The translations under genes were made by a program, and so were the position numbers. A stretch of 56,866 bases of DNA, the filler included, from Sphacelaria rigidula (Eukaryota): the NCBI GenBank assembly GCA_964200075.2. It is 6 parts of 6 records of this genome, joined end to end, with 100 filler letters (N's around TTAATTAATTAA, not from the genome) between each part and the next. Parts side by side here need not be neighbours in the genome. Positions count along the whole stretch, not along the records: positions 18,992 to 28,385 come from CAXNAA020008599.1; positions 28,486 to 37,879 come from CAXNAA020008600.1; 4 more parts are not named here. One strand, given 5' to 3'. Shown in pieces: positions 22,447 through 35,395 of the stretch; the stretch's first letter is position 1, and every line of letters begins with the position of its first letter. The notes under the pieces were generated by a model that searched no databases, was not told the DNA's origin, and saw only the letters and a program-made list of their open reading frames with translations.

Positions 22447-25400
22447 ATCTCGGACGACGACGACAGCAACGCCGACAAGGCATCTCCGCGCTTTCAAAAA
22501 CCCAGGCAGCGGGCAGCACCGCTAGCGCTGAACACATCGCTCGAACAAGAAGCCAGCTACCGATTCACCAGGACCGGTGCCATCCTCCTCAGTGGGTTTA
22601 ACTCCCCCATACCTCAATCGGGACTAGCGGCAGCGGCTGCGGCTGCGGCTGAAGACGCCGCCGCGAAACGCGAAGAGGATGGAGATCTGGGTGCTAGGCG
22701 GAGCGACAGGGCAACACTGAACCACAATGTTCAAAAGGTACCTCTCGCATATACTCCATAAAAATAAGAATACACCTTGATTGTGCTTGTACATTTCATT
22801 TGCGTTGGGACCGCCGCACGCATCCTAATGTCATTTTTCTGTTATCGCAGGACACTCTATCGCTGGGGTTGAATGTGGAACCACCAAGAGGTCGGTCTGC
22901 CGTTTCACGTGGTGGCGGCGGGATAGCGACGCCAATGCAAGATAGGGTGGTTGTTCTGGGGAGGCTGGGGGAGGGGGCAACAGGGGTGGTGTATCGAGCG
23001 TTCGATTTGCTCGACCTCCGCCTGGTAGCGGTAAAGGTTATTCCGGTCCACGATCAGAGCAAACGGCGCCAACTCGTCCACGAGCTGTCTTCACTATTTG
23101 ACGGGATCAAGCGAAAAGAACGGCGAACGAGATCGAGGAGTGCTAATATACGCAATGCCTCCTCCGGCAGTATTTTCGCGGAGTTTGGTGCCGCGGCGGT
23201 GGCCGCCGCTTCCGCGAACAGACGTCGTTCGTGGGCGATGGGCGGGAAGTCGCCGAGCAGCCGTTGGGATTCGTTAGCAAACTGCAATCAGTCGGGATCG
23301 GAGAACCTGTTGGATTTCATCGACGCGTTTGTCTCCAGGGAAGCGGCGACTCTGTCGCTTGTCGTCGAATACATGGACGGCGGGAGTTTACAGGTGAGAA
23401 ATATAGTATGAGACGATAGAATGTAGTGAGAAGTGGAACTCAGCACAATTTTCAGGGTTGAGCGTATTAGGGTAGGTGTAATGAAGACGGAGTTGAACGA
23501 GGACATAGCGACAGAGGATATATGTGGCTGCGTATCCGCATCTTTGTGTAACTGTGGGCTCCGTTGAGCGCTATGGCTCCACCGCGTCTCATTCTGCGTG
23601 CGGTTGCAACAAACGTGGCACTTGATCAGGTGCAACACTGGACTCCGTTCTTGGAAGGCCTTGATCGTTTTGGTATGCTGTACGTCTTCCTCGGAACAGT
23701 GATCGTGGCGGCTGCCATGCATGATAATCAGCGGTTGCCGTTGCCCCTCTTGAAGGTTGAAACATTATTATAGTTGCACAGATGACTACTCTGACCGGGC
23801 TCTTTAGCTGCGTAAATGGAGCATGTGAAGGGAGTCCCCAGTACAAACACTTTTATCTTGCCCTCTGTCGCACGAAACAGTACGATTACCAAGTGACCCT
23901 TTCCCAATGCGAACGTCCGTAACGCGACTTGACTGCTCTCTCGAAAGGACCTCGTCGATGCGGGGGGCTGCCAAGACGAAGCAACGCTCGGCCACATGGC
24001 CCTGCAAGCCCTGCGGGGTCTCTGTTTCCTGCATGCCTCTCAACAAATACACCGAGACCTGAAGCCCGCGAATATGTGAGTATGAGTACAAAAACACTTT
24101 ACAGAAGCGGTCGAGAGGCTGCGCGGTACGGAGGATAGCCCCCTCTGGCCTGCCAAAGTTATCAACGATTGAGTAAATGAGTTTCTGGGATATTTAGTCA
24201 AGAGAATGGAGTGCCCGCTAGCGATACGTGGCGAATGCCGATACAACATGAATGTGGAGTTTGAGATCTCTCTTTCCCTTCATCCCTCTAGGTTGCTGAA
24301 TCATATGGGCGAGCTCAAAATCAGCGACTTCGGACTGGCGAGAAAGCTCGGACAGGATGACATCGACGGCGACGGTGATGACGCTAGTGGTGGGTCTCCT
24401 CGTTCCGATCGGAAGCAATCGATCGAAAATGATGCCTCGGAGGGAAAATCATCATCACGGAGGTCTGTATCAGGAGCGGCGAGGACATCGACGACAGAAG
24501 AAAGGGATACACGAGAGCAATGGTGTTCTAGATCTGAAAATTGTAACCACGCCAAAAAGCGGCAGCAGCAGCAGCTACAGCGGCCACCACCGAAGCCACG
24601 AGAAGTAGGTGAGGGCAAGAACGATGGGGGGCAGTCACGGGCTGGGGCCGAACATAGCGATGCGGCGTCGGAGCGGGATGACACACCTTCTCTTCACAGA
24701 GCGCACACATTCGTGGGAACGATCACCTACATGTCGCCGGAGCGCATCAATGGTGAGGGATACTCGTACGCCTCCGATGTGTGGAGCTTGGGCATGTCGC
24801 TTATCACCACAGCGCTAGGGAAAATGCCATTGGACACCAAGCACGGCTACTGGAGTGTTCTGCACTCCATCAGGTGACTTGGGCAGCCCTGTGTGGCCAC
24901 GACCTCTTTCGATCGTGACGGCGAAGAAGGTGCAGTTCATTCGCATACATGTACTGCATGGCGATACATGCATCAACGCCCACCAAAAGTTGTTGAAGAG
25001 CACCGAAGACTTAAAGCACGACATTGGTGCAACTCAAAAAGATAGAACCATGAACTTTTGAGTGATTTCAATGACCTGACGAAGCAAACAATGACACCAT
25101 TTTTTAGAAAGATCGATTGCGACCACCGCACGAGAGCCGGGTGATGAATCCGCGCTTGATTTGCTTCCATACTCATCATGACGTACATATTTACTGTGGC
25201 GTTGGTTGTTTCGTCAGCGACATCTTTTCTGTGGTGAACAATCCTCAAGCTGAGTGGGAAGGTTGCAATCGCTCGAACTCTACTGGATGGTGACACATGT
25301 GAAAGGTCGCCTATCATGCTGTATGTCTAGGGATCTGGACTTCGCATGCTCGATAGATGTAGGTCTCCGCACCAATACGCTGGACGGCTCTCCAAGTACC

Positions 25401-27590
25401 ACGATGATCAGGGAGAGGGAGGTTCCGGAGAGACCACATCGGCCTAAGGCAGAGTAGATAGACAGTATGATGATGGGTACTGAGGGACACGTTCAGCACA
25501 TTGCATTCTTCAGGGTCGTTTCAAGCTCTTCAATACCCTTCGAGCAACCGCCGACGGCGCAAAACCACTGTACATCAACGTCACCTCATCGAATTGCGTG
25601 TAATTTTCGAATCCAATCTAATCATTGCAAACCTTCTGGTAGCATCTCCCAGCGTACTACATATACCACACGTCCCGCCTCATGCTCCCGAATAACATAC
25701 GGGAAAATCTCGATGACTTTGTGATTCTGTCGCACGCTCTACTACCCACCGGCAGGGATGTTGATCCCCCCTCGCTGCCGGATGACGGATCTTGGTCAGA
25801 GGAAATCCGCAAATTCCTCAGTATGTGCCTTGAAAAGGACCCCAGGCGTAGGCCAGACTGCAACGCGTTGCTCCAGACGGCGTTCATTCGCCAGGCGGAG
25901 CGAACTTGGGCGCCTGGCGACGTCGGGTGTGTCTTCCCCCTCCCCCCCCAATATCTGCATAGTTGGTTTTTGTTCTTTCGCGGTATTTTGCTGTATTCAC
26001 CCAACGTTTTTGCCGGTGCGTCTGAAGCCTTGATCGTGCACACGAGAACTGATATTGTGAGCACCGCGGCAGAGCCCGACGATTGAGCCGCGCAGACAAA
26101 CAAGTCACCCCAACTAGGGTGCCAGTCCGCGCTTTTGTTCATGTCTGCATGAGCTAGAAGTAACGTGCTCCCCGTTGGTTATATTTTACACGATCAGAGA
26201 GTGAAAAGTATGGTAAATGCTTTCGAATCGATCCACGGTATTGGAAAAGGTAAAGCCACGCTGTGTCCTGCGAACAAGCCCCCTTTTATTTTGTACCAAG
26301 ATCTTCTCCCAGCCTTTCCAGCAGCCGAGCGAGCTCAAACGTCGACTTGTCACGTACCCCTTGTGCCGAAGCACATTCCCCCTTTCTCCTCTCCCCCCCT
26401 CCCTCTACGCCTGCCTGAATCCCCCCACGATTCACATTCTCTCCAAATCTCATTTTCATCCTCCCGCCCTGTGCGCGCCGAAAACAAACTACGGCGTGTG
26501 TGCGTGCAGCCATTCGGACGACGAATCCATGCGCGACGACATCCTGGAAAGTAGAACGGAAGACCTGAGGCACATCCTGGACACCGTCGCGAAGCATGTC
26601 TCGGTTCTCATAGAGGCCGCCCAGACCCGCGCGAGGGAAGGAGACTCTCCCTGTCCGGCCGCACGCGGCGGCCTCGACAGGGTGATCCCCACAACGTCCT
26701 CGCCATCCTCACCAGCATCGTCTTCCAGGTCGGCGGTAGCGAAATCATCGTCATTCCTCGCTTCAGAGCGCACTTCCGTTGACACGCAAGAATGTTTCAG
26801 AGTAAGTCTGGAGTCGGCGAATGCGACGGAATGTACTAGAAGCAGCAGTATTGGTGGTAGCGTTGAAGCGGGCGGGTGCAGCAGGGTGGCGGCCGCGAAG
26901 GAAGGGACGGAGGCGGCACCTACTCGTACAAGGGTGCTACGGCGGGTGAGCTCGATCCGACATCTCTTTCTCGACGGAATAATGCGGGGCGGTCGCGGCG
27001 GGCGAGAGGAAAAGAGGCTAGTCCACTTCGCGAAACAGATGGGGTTGCCGCACGAAGTTGTGGTGGAGATCGTGCAGGTGCGAAAGGGGGCGGGCCTTCA
27101 GGGGAGGAGATTAAGCGGTGTACTGTTCGTGGTTTAGCAACCTCGATGTACTAGGCGTGCTTTCCTGTTCGTCGGCGTGTGATGTGCGTGAGAAAGGGGA
27201 AGGAAGTATGCAAAAATATAGCTAATCTTCCATTTAATGTGCTGCTGCCTTGTGGCTTCAGTTCAGTTTTTGCGCTGGAAGGACGGCAGTCGAAAGCGGA
27301 TGGCCCCATATTGAAACACTTCTGGACAACGTTGTGTGAAAGACATCCCCTTCGTGCAGTTTGGTGACGGCTATTTTCAAGCACCTTATCGTCCGTCGAA
27401 CTCCGAATGGGCATCATTCGCGTGCACGTTCCCATCCTATCTATCACATGATCAGCAAAGCACGAGCCCAGCGTGGGTCCGGGCGTTTTGTGAAGCCATG
27501 TACCGCTAGTCCGTTGAGTTGCCTTGCTATTGTTTTTCGCGCGCCGTCTCTCTCCCCTTTCCACAGGAGAAGAGGAACTGCCGACCGTAG
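22447..27590 (+). CDS. MAP kinase kinase (STE7/MEK family) Ser/Thr kinase, spliced; start exon not identified
   Basis: Exons 22447-22737, 22851-23393, 23948-24075, 24292-24873, 25756-25926 and 26510-27077 are phase-consistent. The probable last exon is 27567-27590; the alternative is read-through to the stop at 27137. Motifs: [15 protein letters not shown] (alphaC), [57 protein letters not shown]. An N-terminal docking-like motif [11 protein letters not shown] is present. Confidence 0.9.
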
Positions 27591-28190
27591 ACCAGCATAT
27601 ATACCTTGACGTGGAGGTCTAAAATTAAGGTTAATGGGATGCACACATAAGTAAGGTAATAGAAAAGGGTAAGGCACAGATAGGCAGGACGGATGTGATC
27701 TCGAAGACTCGCACCTAGATACTAGGATTACGAGATCTATCGTGATGAACTTGATTGTACCAATGCTGGAATATGCAGGAGAAATATGGGAGGGGAACGT
27801 GAAGTTGGCGGAGAAGTTGGAAACAGTGCAGATGACAGCGGCTAAGAAAATACTTGGCGTATCCAAAAACGACGAGTAATGCAACACTGAGAGAAGAATT
27901 GGGAACATACCCGCTTCAAACCAGCAGAGACATGAGGAGATTGAGATGACAATACAGCGTAAAGAACATGCAGAGCAAGAGATTGCCAGCTATGGTTGAT
28001 GGGACTGTATGGAAGAAAGTGACGAAAGGGCAGGCTGGAATAAGATGGGATACAGTAGTCGAGAAAATATGGACGGACATAGGAGGAAACCAAGACGAGA
28101 TAATGTCCATAGGTGAAGTCAGGGGTACAGGACAAAAGTAAGAGACATGATAGAAATAAGGGCAAACGCAACGCTAGAACAGAAGTAGAC
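27566..28190 (+). mobile_element. LINE ORF2 fragment (post-RT region), frameshifted
   Basis: Translates [16 protein letters not shown]...VMNLIVPMLEYAGEIWEGNVKLAEKLETVQMTAAKKILG...LREELGTYPL...RLPAMVD...GIRWDTVVEKIW. Its start overlaps in homology with the end of the 47086-47310 fragment (gaggaa(c/t)tgccga(c/t)cgtagaccag). Confidence 0.85.
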
Positions 28191-28385
28191 AAGGTTAGCC
28201 GCATTTGGATGACAGCCTACAATGAATTGCTTCATTTTCTGGTATCGCCTTTTCCAGAGACAGCCACGGCTTACGCACTGCTTCATGGGTGTCTCACCAT
28301 TTGAACACTACGTAGTACGATCATCAGTAGGCTTCGGGCTGCACAATCTTAGCAGGATGCAGCTCACCCTTTACGCGACTCGCCG

Positions 28386-28485
28386 NNNNNNNNNNNNNNN
28401 NNNNNNNNNNNNNNNNNNNNNNNNNNNNNTTAATTAATTAANNNNNNNNNNNNNNNNNNNNNNNNNNNNNNNNNNNNNNNNNNNN
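28386..28485. other. Artificial contig linker
   Basis: N44-TTAATTAATTAA-N44. Confidence 0.98.
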
Positions 28486-28879
28486 GTTGCTTCATTTTCT
28501 GGTATCGCCACTTCCAGAGACAGCCACGGGTTACACACTACCTCATGAGTTGTCTCACCATTCAAACACTACGTAGTATGAGCGTTCCCTTTGCGCGGAA
28601 CTGACGTTCTCCCACGCCGCACAACATGATCAAGCTCGACCAGCCTCATGGTTACCGCATAAACAAACGCAAACACGCAAAAACAAACGTTAACCTGGTT
28701 GCCTAGCTTACGCAGTTAGTGGCATGTTGTACAGCGTCATTGCCAACCGACGGCATCAAACAATACCGGATGAGCATCCATCCATACTGAATAATTACTC
28801 GATTACTCGCTGTGATGCCACCAGGGGTAATTCTACATGGACTCAATACACCAGCTGGGGCTGCTATGTACACGCTCAC

Positions 28880-30835
28880 CGTTCGCTTCGAAAAGTCGGC
28901 GAGTACTTCCTTTGGTCGCTTGAATCTAGTCACGGGCTCGATATCCACTGGAAACGTGTAGGCGAGCAATGGGTTCGGGATCATCTGCACCACAACATTG
29001 CGAAGAGAAGAACGGAAAGCAGCACCAAAAGTGTCGATGAGGTATCAGGACCTTTTTTGCCATAGATTGCCACCAAGAGGTGCGGGGGTTATTCGTAGGC
29101 ATCCAAAAGGCGTGACATGCCAACAGCCGAGGAGAAGGAAATCCAAGCAGCAGAACGGCCGTATGTGACAGTTGAGCACGCCCATGGTACGTTAAACAGC
29201 AACCCTGTATGCTCAGAAACGGGACGTGTAGTAGCACCGCAGACGCCAAACTCTCAAGCTCCAACTGCTCACCCACCTCTCCGTCCACCTCGACAAACTC
29301 ATCAGTGAGTGACCGAGGAATACCGTGTGTGCGAGACTCGCTGGTTGATACATCCCAGTATGCCATGGACACATCCGGCACCTGCCGAAAATGAACAAAA
29401 CATCCGGGGATAACGTCCATGTGTGAGCGGTTGCGATCGTGACGAGGATGAGAAATCACGACAGCGAGGACTGGTGGTTCCACTAAGCCAAACTTCTAAA
29501 GACTCCTGGGGTTGAAAACAGAGTGGTGTGCGATTTTCTGTGGTGCCGGCAATGGTCACGACGTGTGTTAACGCCGATCGAAGTCAACCGCAACCGATCA
29601 TCAGTGACAAAGCACACGGCGGCACTGTGGAAACACCCACCACACAAAGCTTTCGGCATTCCACATTCAATACCCAGGTGAAAATTACAAAACACCACGC
29701 CGAAAGTATCCATCACTGGTAACCGTGAAGGACCTCCGCCTGTCGCACCTGACTTCTGAGTGCATCCTCGAGGTGCTGAAGGTACGCTCGGTGCCACGTT
29801 GGGAACAGCACGTTGCCGTGGTGGCAGTATCCCCCCCACCAGGCGAACGGGGGGGGCAGGTGTGGAACGTTCTCGTCGAAGGGTGCCAACGGAGAGCCGT
29901 GATACCCTGCGATGACCCAAAAGCTTCTTGGATCGTCCACGGGCAGATTTTGAATCCCTCGCCACGCTCTGGTTGGCGTGAAGAGCAAGCCGTGAATCAA
30001 GGGAGAAGTGATGACTGATTAGTACATTTTGTCCACGAAGTGGAGGGTTGACCATTGAACCCATGAGCACCTACGAGGTACAGTGCCCGCTAGTTCAATG
30101 CCCACTGGCGCAATGATCAAGACGTGCGCTTCTTGAACAATAGATGTGCTGTGTGGTCCTCCCCGGCAGAATCACAAAGGGATCTCCGGGGCTTCCCGCC
30201 CCTCGCAAGTATCCCTGTTAAAAAATTCAAATTATATCGAATAGTGTCCGGGACGCCAACATTCGATTTCTTGTTCCTGAAGCAGATATTTAGTAAGTGA
30301 GCCATTCATGAACGCTCAGTAGTTCAACGGTCAAATTCCCGTTTTTTGGACAAAAACAATACGGTGTGTGGACCTTCTCGTCATGATCACATCAGGGATA
30401 TGCGAGGCTCCCCATCCTTCTTCAGCCTCATTGGGTACATTTCAAATCCTACCAACAATCCATCGTCCGGGGACCTGAACCACCGACCCCCTATAAGACG
30501 TATATATGACCTTCGAACCATCAGTAAGCGGCTCACTGTTCTTGATTCAAATTCCACCGACAATCGATTGTTCGGGGACACGAACCCCCGATCTCTTGCA
30601 CCACGAGTCTGTTTCTTGGAATATGTTCTACCTTGTGTCTCGACGCGGACAGTGCTTAGAATAAGCGTGATGGAGCGTGGGTGGGGGGCGAAACATGGGA
30701 GCACCCTCCAACAACTCTACCTAAAATAGAGTAAGGAAGCCAACACATGATGAGCACCTCAACAGATCCTCCAGCGGCTTCCTGTGTCCTTCTTCTGCCC
30801 ATCGCTCTAGCTCCCGCACGGAGTATCTCGTGTTC
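28880..30835 (-). CDS. Tyrosinase / type-3 copper protein, N-terminal half with CuA site (3' part runs off the contig)
   Basis: Minus-strand exons 30835-30758, 29968-29749, 29381-29277 and 28984-28880 are phase-consistent. Joined protein: NTRYSVRELERWAEEGHRKPLEDLLRAWRGIQNLPVDDPRSFWVIAGYHGSP...WWGGYCHHGNVLFPTWHRAYLQHLEDALRSQVPDVSMAYWD...GIPRSLTDEFVEVDGEMIPNPLLAYTFP. It contains the CuA signature H...CxH...FPTWHRxYL, plus the YWD and PNPL motifs. Confidence 0.88.
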
Positions 30836-33800
30836 CTGAAACGTAGAGAAAGCGCGACTAAAATAATTACAGCGAGTCATTCTCGGCGAATTCGAAGCAA
30901 TATTCTGAACCCTCGCCCACGGGTCATTTGCCCAGAGAGTGTGTACCGCGATGAGAAGATAAACCGGTCAGTTCATATCCCAAAATAGGCCTACAGAGGT
31001 CAACTGATCTGAACTCTAGCCCTATCTGTGGCCAGACTTTCGGAAGGTTGAGAGCATATTTCAGCTAGATGTCTGCTACGCACATTGTCGTACTATACAG
31101 TACACCCTACCGTTTCGCTTTGCCGTTGTTGTCACCTAGACATGATTTTTCCGAGCGCGTGTCACTAAAATGTGGGTGCGGGGATAGCGCGCATCAACAT
31201 GAACGGTCTTCACAGCAAAACATCATCACAGTGTGTCAGGGGAGCCTTGATCAAATGTCCACACGAGGTTCCTTTCTCGAACGCGTTATCCTATGATGAC
31301 GTGTACTCGTGCCCGCCACGCATTGGACGATCCAGCTGCACTGCAAATATGATTTCAACGTTAAGGAGCGAGCGCCCTGTGAAGAATATAGCTGGTAGGA
31401 TCAAAGATTCCCCCACATCATCTCTACTTTCAGTCAACAAATGATGAGATTTTCAGCAATCGCCGGCGTGTATCAACCACACAGCCGTCACATCGGCGAG
31501 CCTACAACTCGGAAAATGAAGATATGCGGATTCTACAGGAGTGGTGCACCGAAGTGCAACTAGATCAACTGCGGATGCAAGGCGGAGAAGTGCAACACGC
31601 GCCCCCTCCACGTGGAGTGGATGGGTTGATGCTCACACCCCTCTAAACTCTACATCTAGCCGCACTGCAGTCGTCGCACTCTGCATGCTTCATCAACACA
31701 ACGAGGTCCCCAGTTCGAATCTCGGCGCCCACAAAAGCGCCGAAATAAAAATAGAACCATCGTCCAAAGTGAAGCGGGCAACAAATGAGTCCGAGTATTG
31801 GTGGGGAACCAGAAGATTAGCGGATGACTACAGTAGCAAGCAGAGTTTATATACTCACGGGGAAGTCTTCCGCAGAGATTATTCGCAAAAGCCGTGAGAA
31901 TAAATGTGTTCAAATATCCTCGCCGCTTGCCCATGTAACTGATCACGTCTGCAAACCTCCAATGGTCGAAGAATGTATGAATGTACTACGCTCCACTTAC
32001 AGCTTATATATGTATCGATGTATAACGTCATTATCCAATGGATGATGGCCTGTATTTTGTATTTTGTACCTAGTAACGGCCAATACTGTACAGGTCCCAT
32101 ATAGAGCGTGTCTTATTGGGACCGGTGAGATCTGTTTCAAACATCGGGACTCGTGCCCACAACTACCTTCCCTTTCCTTTTGTTCTTGTTTGCGTTCTTG
32201 TTCTTCATTTTTTTTCTCAGTTTACTCCTTTCGTTTGTCCTCCGAGCTGGACCAGCCTCAAAACGGCCACCAGCTGTCGAACCCATACCTCATCGACACC
32301 GACGAATTGGTTCGTGACCCGCGCATCTGGCCAACCGTCTGTTCAAGAGGCAGATGCCCATCTACTCAATAGCCTGGTCAAAGGCGCTTGCCATGTCGAG
32401 TTAATCCCATGACGTACGAACATACCTCCATACTGTATACTCAAGTCTATATGAAACCCCGAAATATACATACAGCGGATGACTCTGATTTGTGCTGTGA
32501 TCACTCCTCGGGGTAAGGGAAAATGATTGGTGCCCTAACTCATTAGATATCGAGAGATATGGCGTTTTGAATATTCCATAATGAAAATAAGATAATACTA
32601 GGGGAGGCATTAAATGCACCAATACTGGATTTCGCGCTTCAGTTTTGACGGTTGTGGTTCGAAATTTAGTAAGGAGCATCGCACGGGCAAAATAAAACTT
32701 ACGATCGGTACATCATGATTTTTTATTTTTCTCATGAGTCGAGGACGTTTTCGTGGAAAACGAATGTTAGTTTTCGCCCTTGACCCACAGCACGTAAAAT
32801 CTGAATTTTTAGGAGCGCAGTTTTGAGTGTTGTACTTTGAAAGTTGTGATGGTGAGTTGCAAGGGCATAATTGAACAAAAACCTTGCGGACTTTGATTTT
32901 TTTCATTAGTTAAGGACGTTCTCGTGGGAAGAAAATACAATTTCACTAAAACGTACTCAAATCGTCAAAAACAAATATCAATGTCCCGCAGACGTATTTT
33001 TATTGCATTTTCTTGCAATTCTTCGCACGAAATTTCAAAGCACAGTTCTCAAACTGCTGCTGCTAAATGCCCCACAACATACAGCTCCGGTTCCACTGTA
33101 GGCTGGCCCGGCCTGTAAAGCTGGTTTTTGCAGCTCAGTTTTGAGAGTTTTACTTCGAGATTTGAGACGGGAACTCGCTAGGGCATGGTGAAGAAGGTGG
33201 GGGGGAGGGGGGGGGGAGTCCTTATTTGTTGCTTGCCTTAGCCGTTTGACCGTTGACCGCGCACCCCTTTCGAGACAGGGGGGAGGGGGGGGGAATGGGG
33301 ACATTGATATTCAGCATATTTTTTCCATGGGTTAGGGATTTCCAGTGAAAACTGGATATCATTCTCGCTCTCAACTCATGAAAAGAAAAAAAGGCAAGCC
33401 TTCAACCATTGCTTTGATCATGCGCCCTGAATTCTCCATACCAAATTTCAAAGCACAACTTTCGAAGCTGAGCTGCAAAAGTACCTGCTAACTCGTACAG
33501 AACCCGTTTCTAGGCTGGCCCAGCTCGTACCGTTTTTTCATCACTTTTTTTTTCTCAAGCGAGCGTTTCCGTTTTGTTCACCTTGGGTACGTCTATATTG
33601 TGGATGATAACCATGGCTGGTTCTTTAGGGGACCAGGTGATATGCGACAAATAGTAAATCAATCAATCGGAGACAAGTTTCAGTCTGATCGAGTATCGAG
33701 TAACGCATTTCCGGTATAGATGCAAAATCCAGATCTGCGAACAGGTTCCAAAAATGCGGCGATTCCATCAGTGGTCGTTGGTCCGACGTCTCTGTACTGG

Positions 33801-33951
33801 GAGAGGCGGCAACGTAGCACAACACCCAGCAAACCCCGGGATATGTACAGAGATTCGAACCGCTCATGCGCAGTAGCCTCATCGCTATTGTAGCCCTTGC
33901 TCATCTATATGACGTACACAGCAGTCTTCGTTTGGCGGCAACCCGTTCAAT

Positions 33952-34510
33952 AGTGTACTCATGATCTTGCATGCCGAAGTCATAAGACCACTGACCTCGC
34001 ATCCCTACAAAGCTAGGACGAAGCACGTCGGGTCTTCGCCTGACCAGGCTCGCAGTCGTCAAGCGTGAAGCGCCGTCGTGTGTTCGGCGCGTCGCATGAA
34101 GGGTGAGATGCATCCTGCTAAGATTGTTCGACCCCAGGCCTACTGATTATCTTGCATTTGGATGATAGCCTACAATGAGTTGCTTGATTTTCTCGTATCA
34201 CCACTTCCAGAGACAGCCACGGCTTATACACTACCTCATGGATGTCTCACTATCTCATCACTACGTAGTACGATCATCCCCACCGTGCGGAGTTGAGGTT
34301 CTCCCACGCCGCACAACATGATCTAGCTTGGCTACCATCATGGTTACCGCAAAAAAACGCGAGTGCGCTAAAAAATCGTTAACCTGGTTGCCTAGCTTAC
34401 GCAGTGAGTGGCGTGTTTGATAGCGTCATCGCTAACCGACGCCAAGCCCATCGGGGGTCCGCCTCTACAAGGCCGGGACGGAGCACGCCAGATTCTCGCC
34501 GGACCAGGAT
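33952..34510 (+). mobile_element. Dispersed non-coding repeat family A (most complete copy)
   Basis: Homologous copies at 1-297, 7795-8105, 18992-19378 (two copies, opposite orientations), 28195-28385 and 28486-28755. Shared core: ...gacagcctacaatgagttgcttcattttctggtatcgccacttccagagacagccacggcttatacactgcctcatgggtgtctcacc... Confidence 0.85.
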
Positions 34511-34877
34511 AAATAGTGGAGGAAGGGTAGCCGCGTGCGCATCAATTTCTACCGAGCATGTGCCGTTGCTGATCCTCGGGTGTACTGTTAGCTTCGTGAA
34601 CACCTCCCAGGATCACTATTCATTCGAACACCATCGGAACATTCAATACCAACACGTCCCTAGAAGGCGTCTTCAAGGCGAAGGGTAACATTTCCGTAGC
34701 ATTCCCCACGGTTCCGAATGCCATCATTTTTTTTCGCTCCTCCGAAATTCTCTCGTTCCCATTTTTCAGAATCTCCAGTTGGGTGTTGAGTATCTGCATG
34801 GTGATGGCTGATCAATTCCGACACCAGTTTTATGCGTATGGGAAACGGGTTCATGTTGAAAACTATCGACGAAATTA

Positions 34878-35000
34878 TTCCGTGAAAAGGTAAAAGTGCA
34901 CATGCACTACCGTGAAAAGGTAAAAGTGCACATGCACTACCGTTAAAAGGTGAAAGTACACATGTACTACCGTTAAAAGGTGAAAGTGCACATGCACTAG
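34878..35000. repeat. 30-bp tandem repeat x4
   Basis: Units of ccgt(g/t)aaaaggt(a/g)aaagtgcacatgcacta. Confidence 0.9.
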
Positions 35001-35395
35001 ACCACCACAAAATCAGCAGCAGCGTTCTGATGTTGTACTTTCCTGATCGACCATCATGATTACACCGCACAAGTGGCAGTGTCCCGCGCGTTTCGAATTG
35101 TATTGTTGGAAAGTACGAAATCGGGGTTCACGGAACGCTTCTTTTTTTCTCCTTACTACTTCAAGTGCTTGCATATTCTTGACTTTTGGACCCTGAGCGA
35201 GGTAGCCTCCTCAAGTCAAGATGTGCTACCGGTGGCGCTTCTGCCGTGATCTCTATCTAGCACCTGCAGTTGAGAATTTTCCTGCACTTGCAAAAAAGTA
35301 TGTCTGTGGGTATCACAACAGTGACGTAGCTGGATCAGTTCAAGGATCAGTTCAAGGTACGCTTGCGCGAGAAAGATGGATGAATTCCATGGTTG

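Noticed and set aside
9497..30835. DOT1-MAPKK-tyrosinase as a functional gene cluster
   Set aside because: The genes lie on three different contigs joined by artificial linkers in size order.
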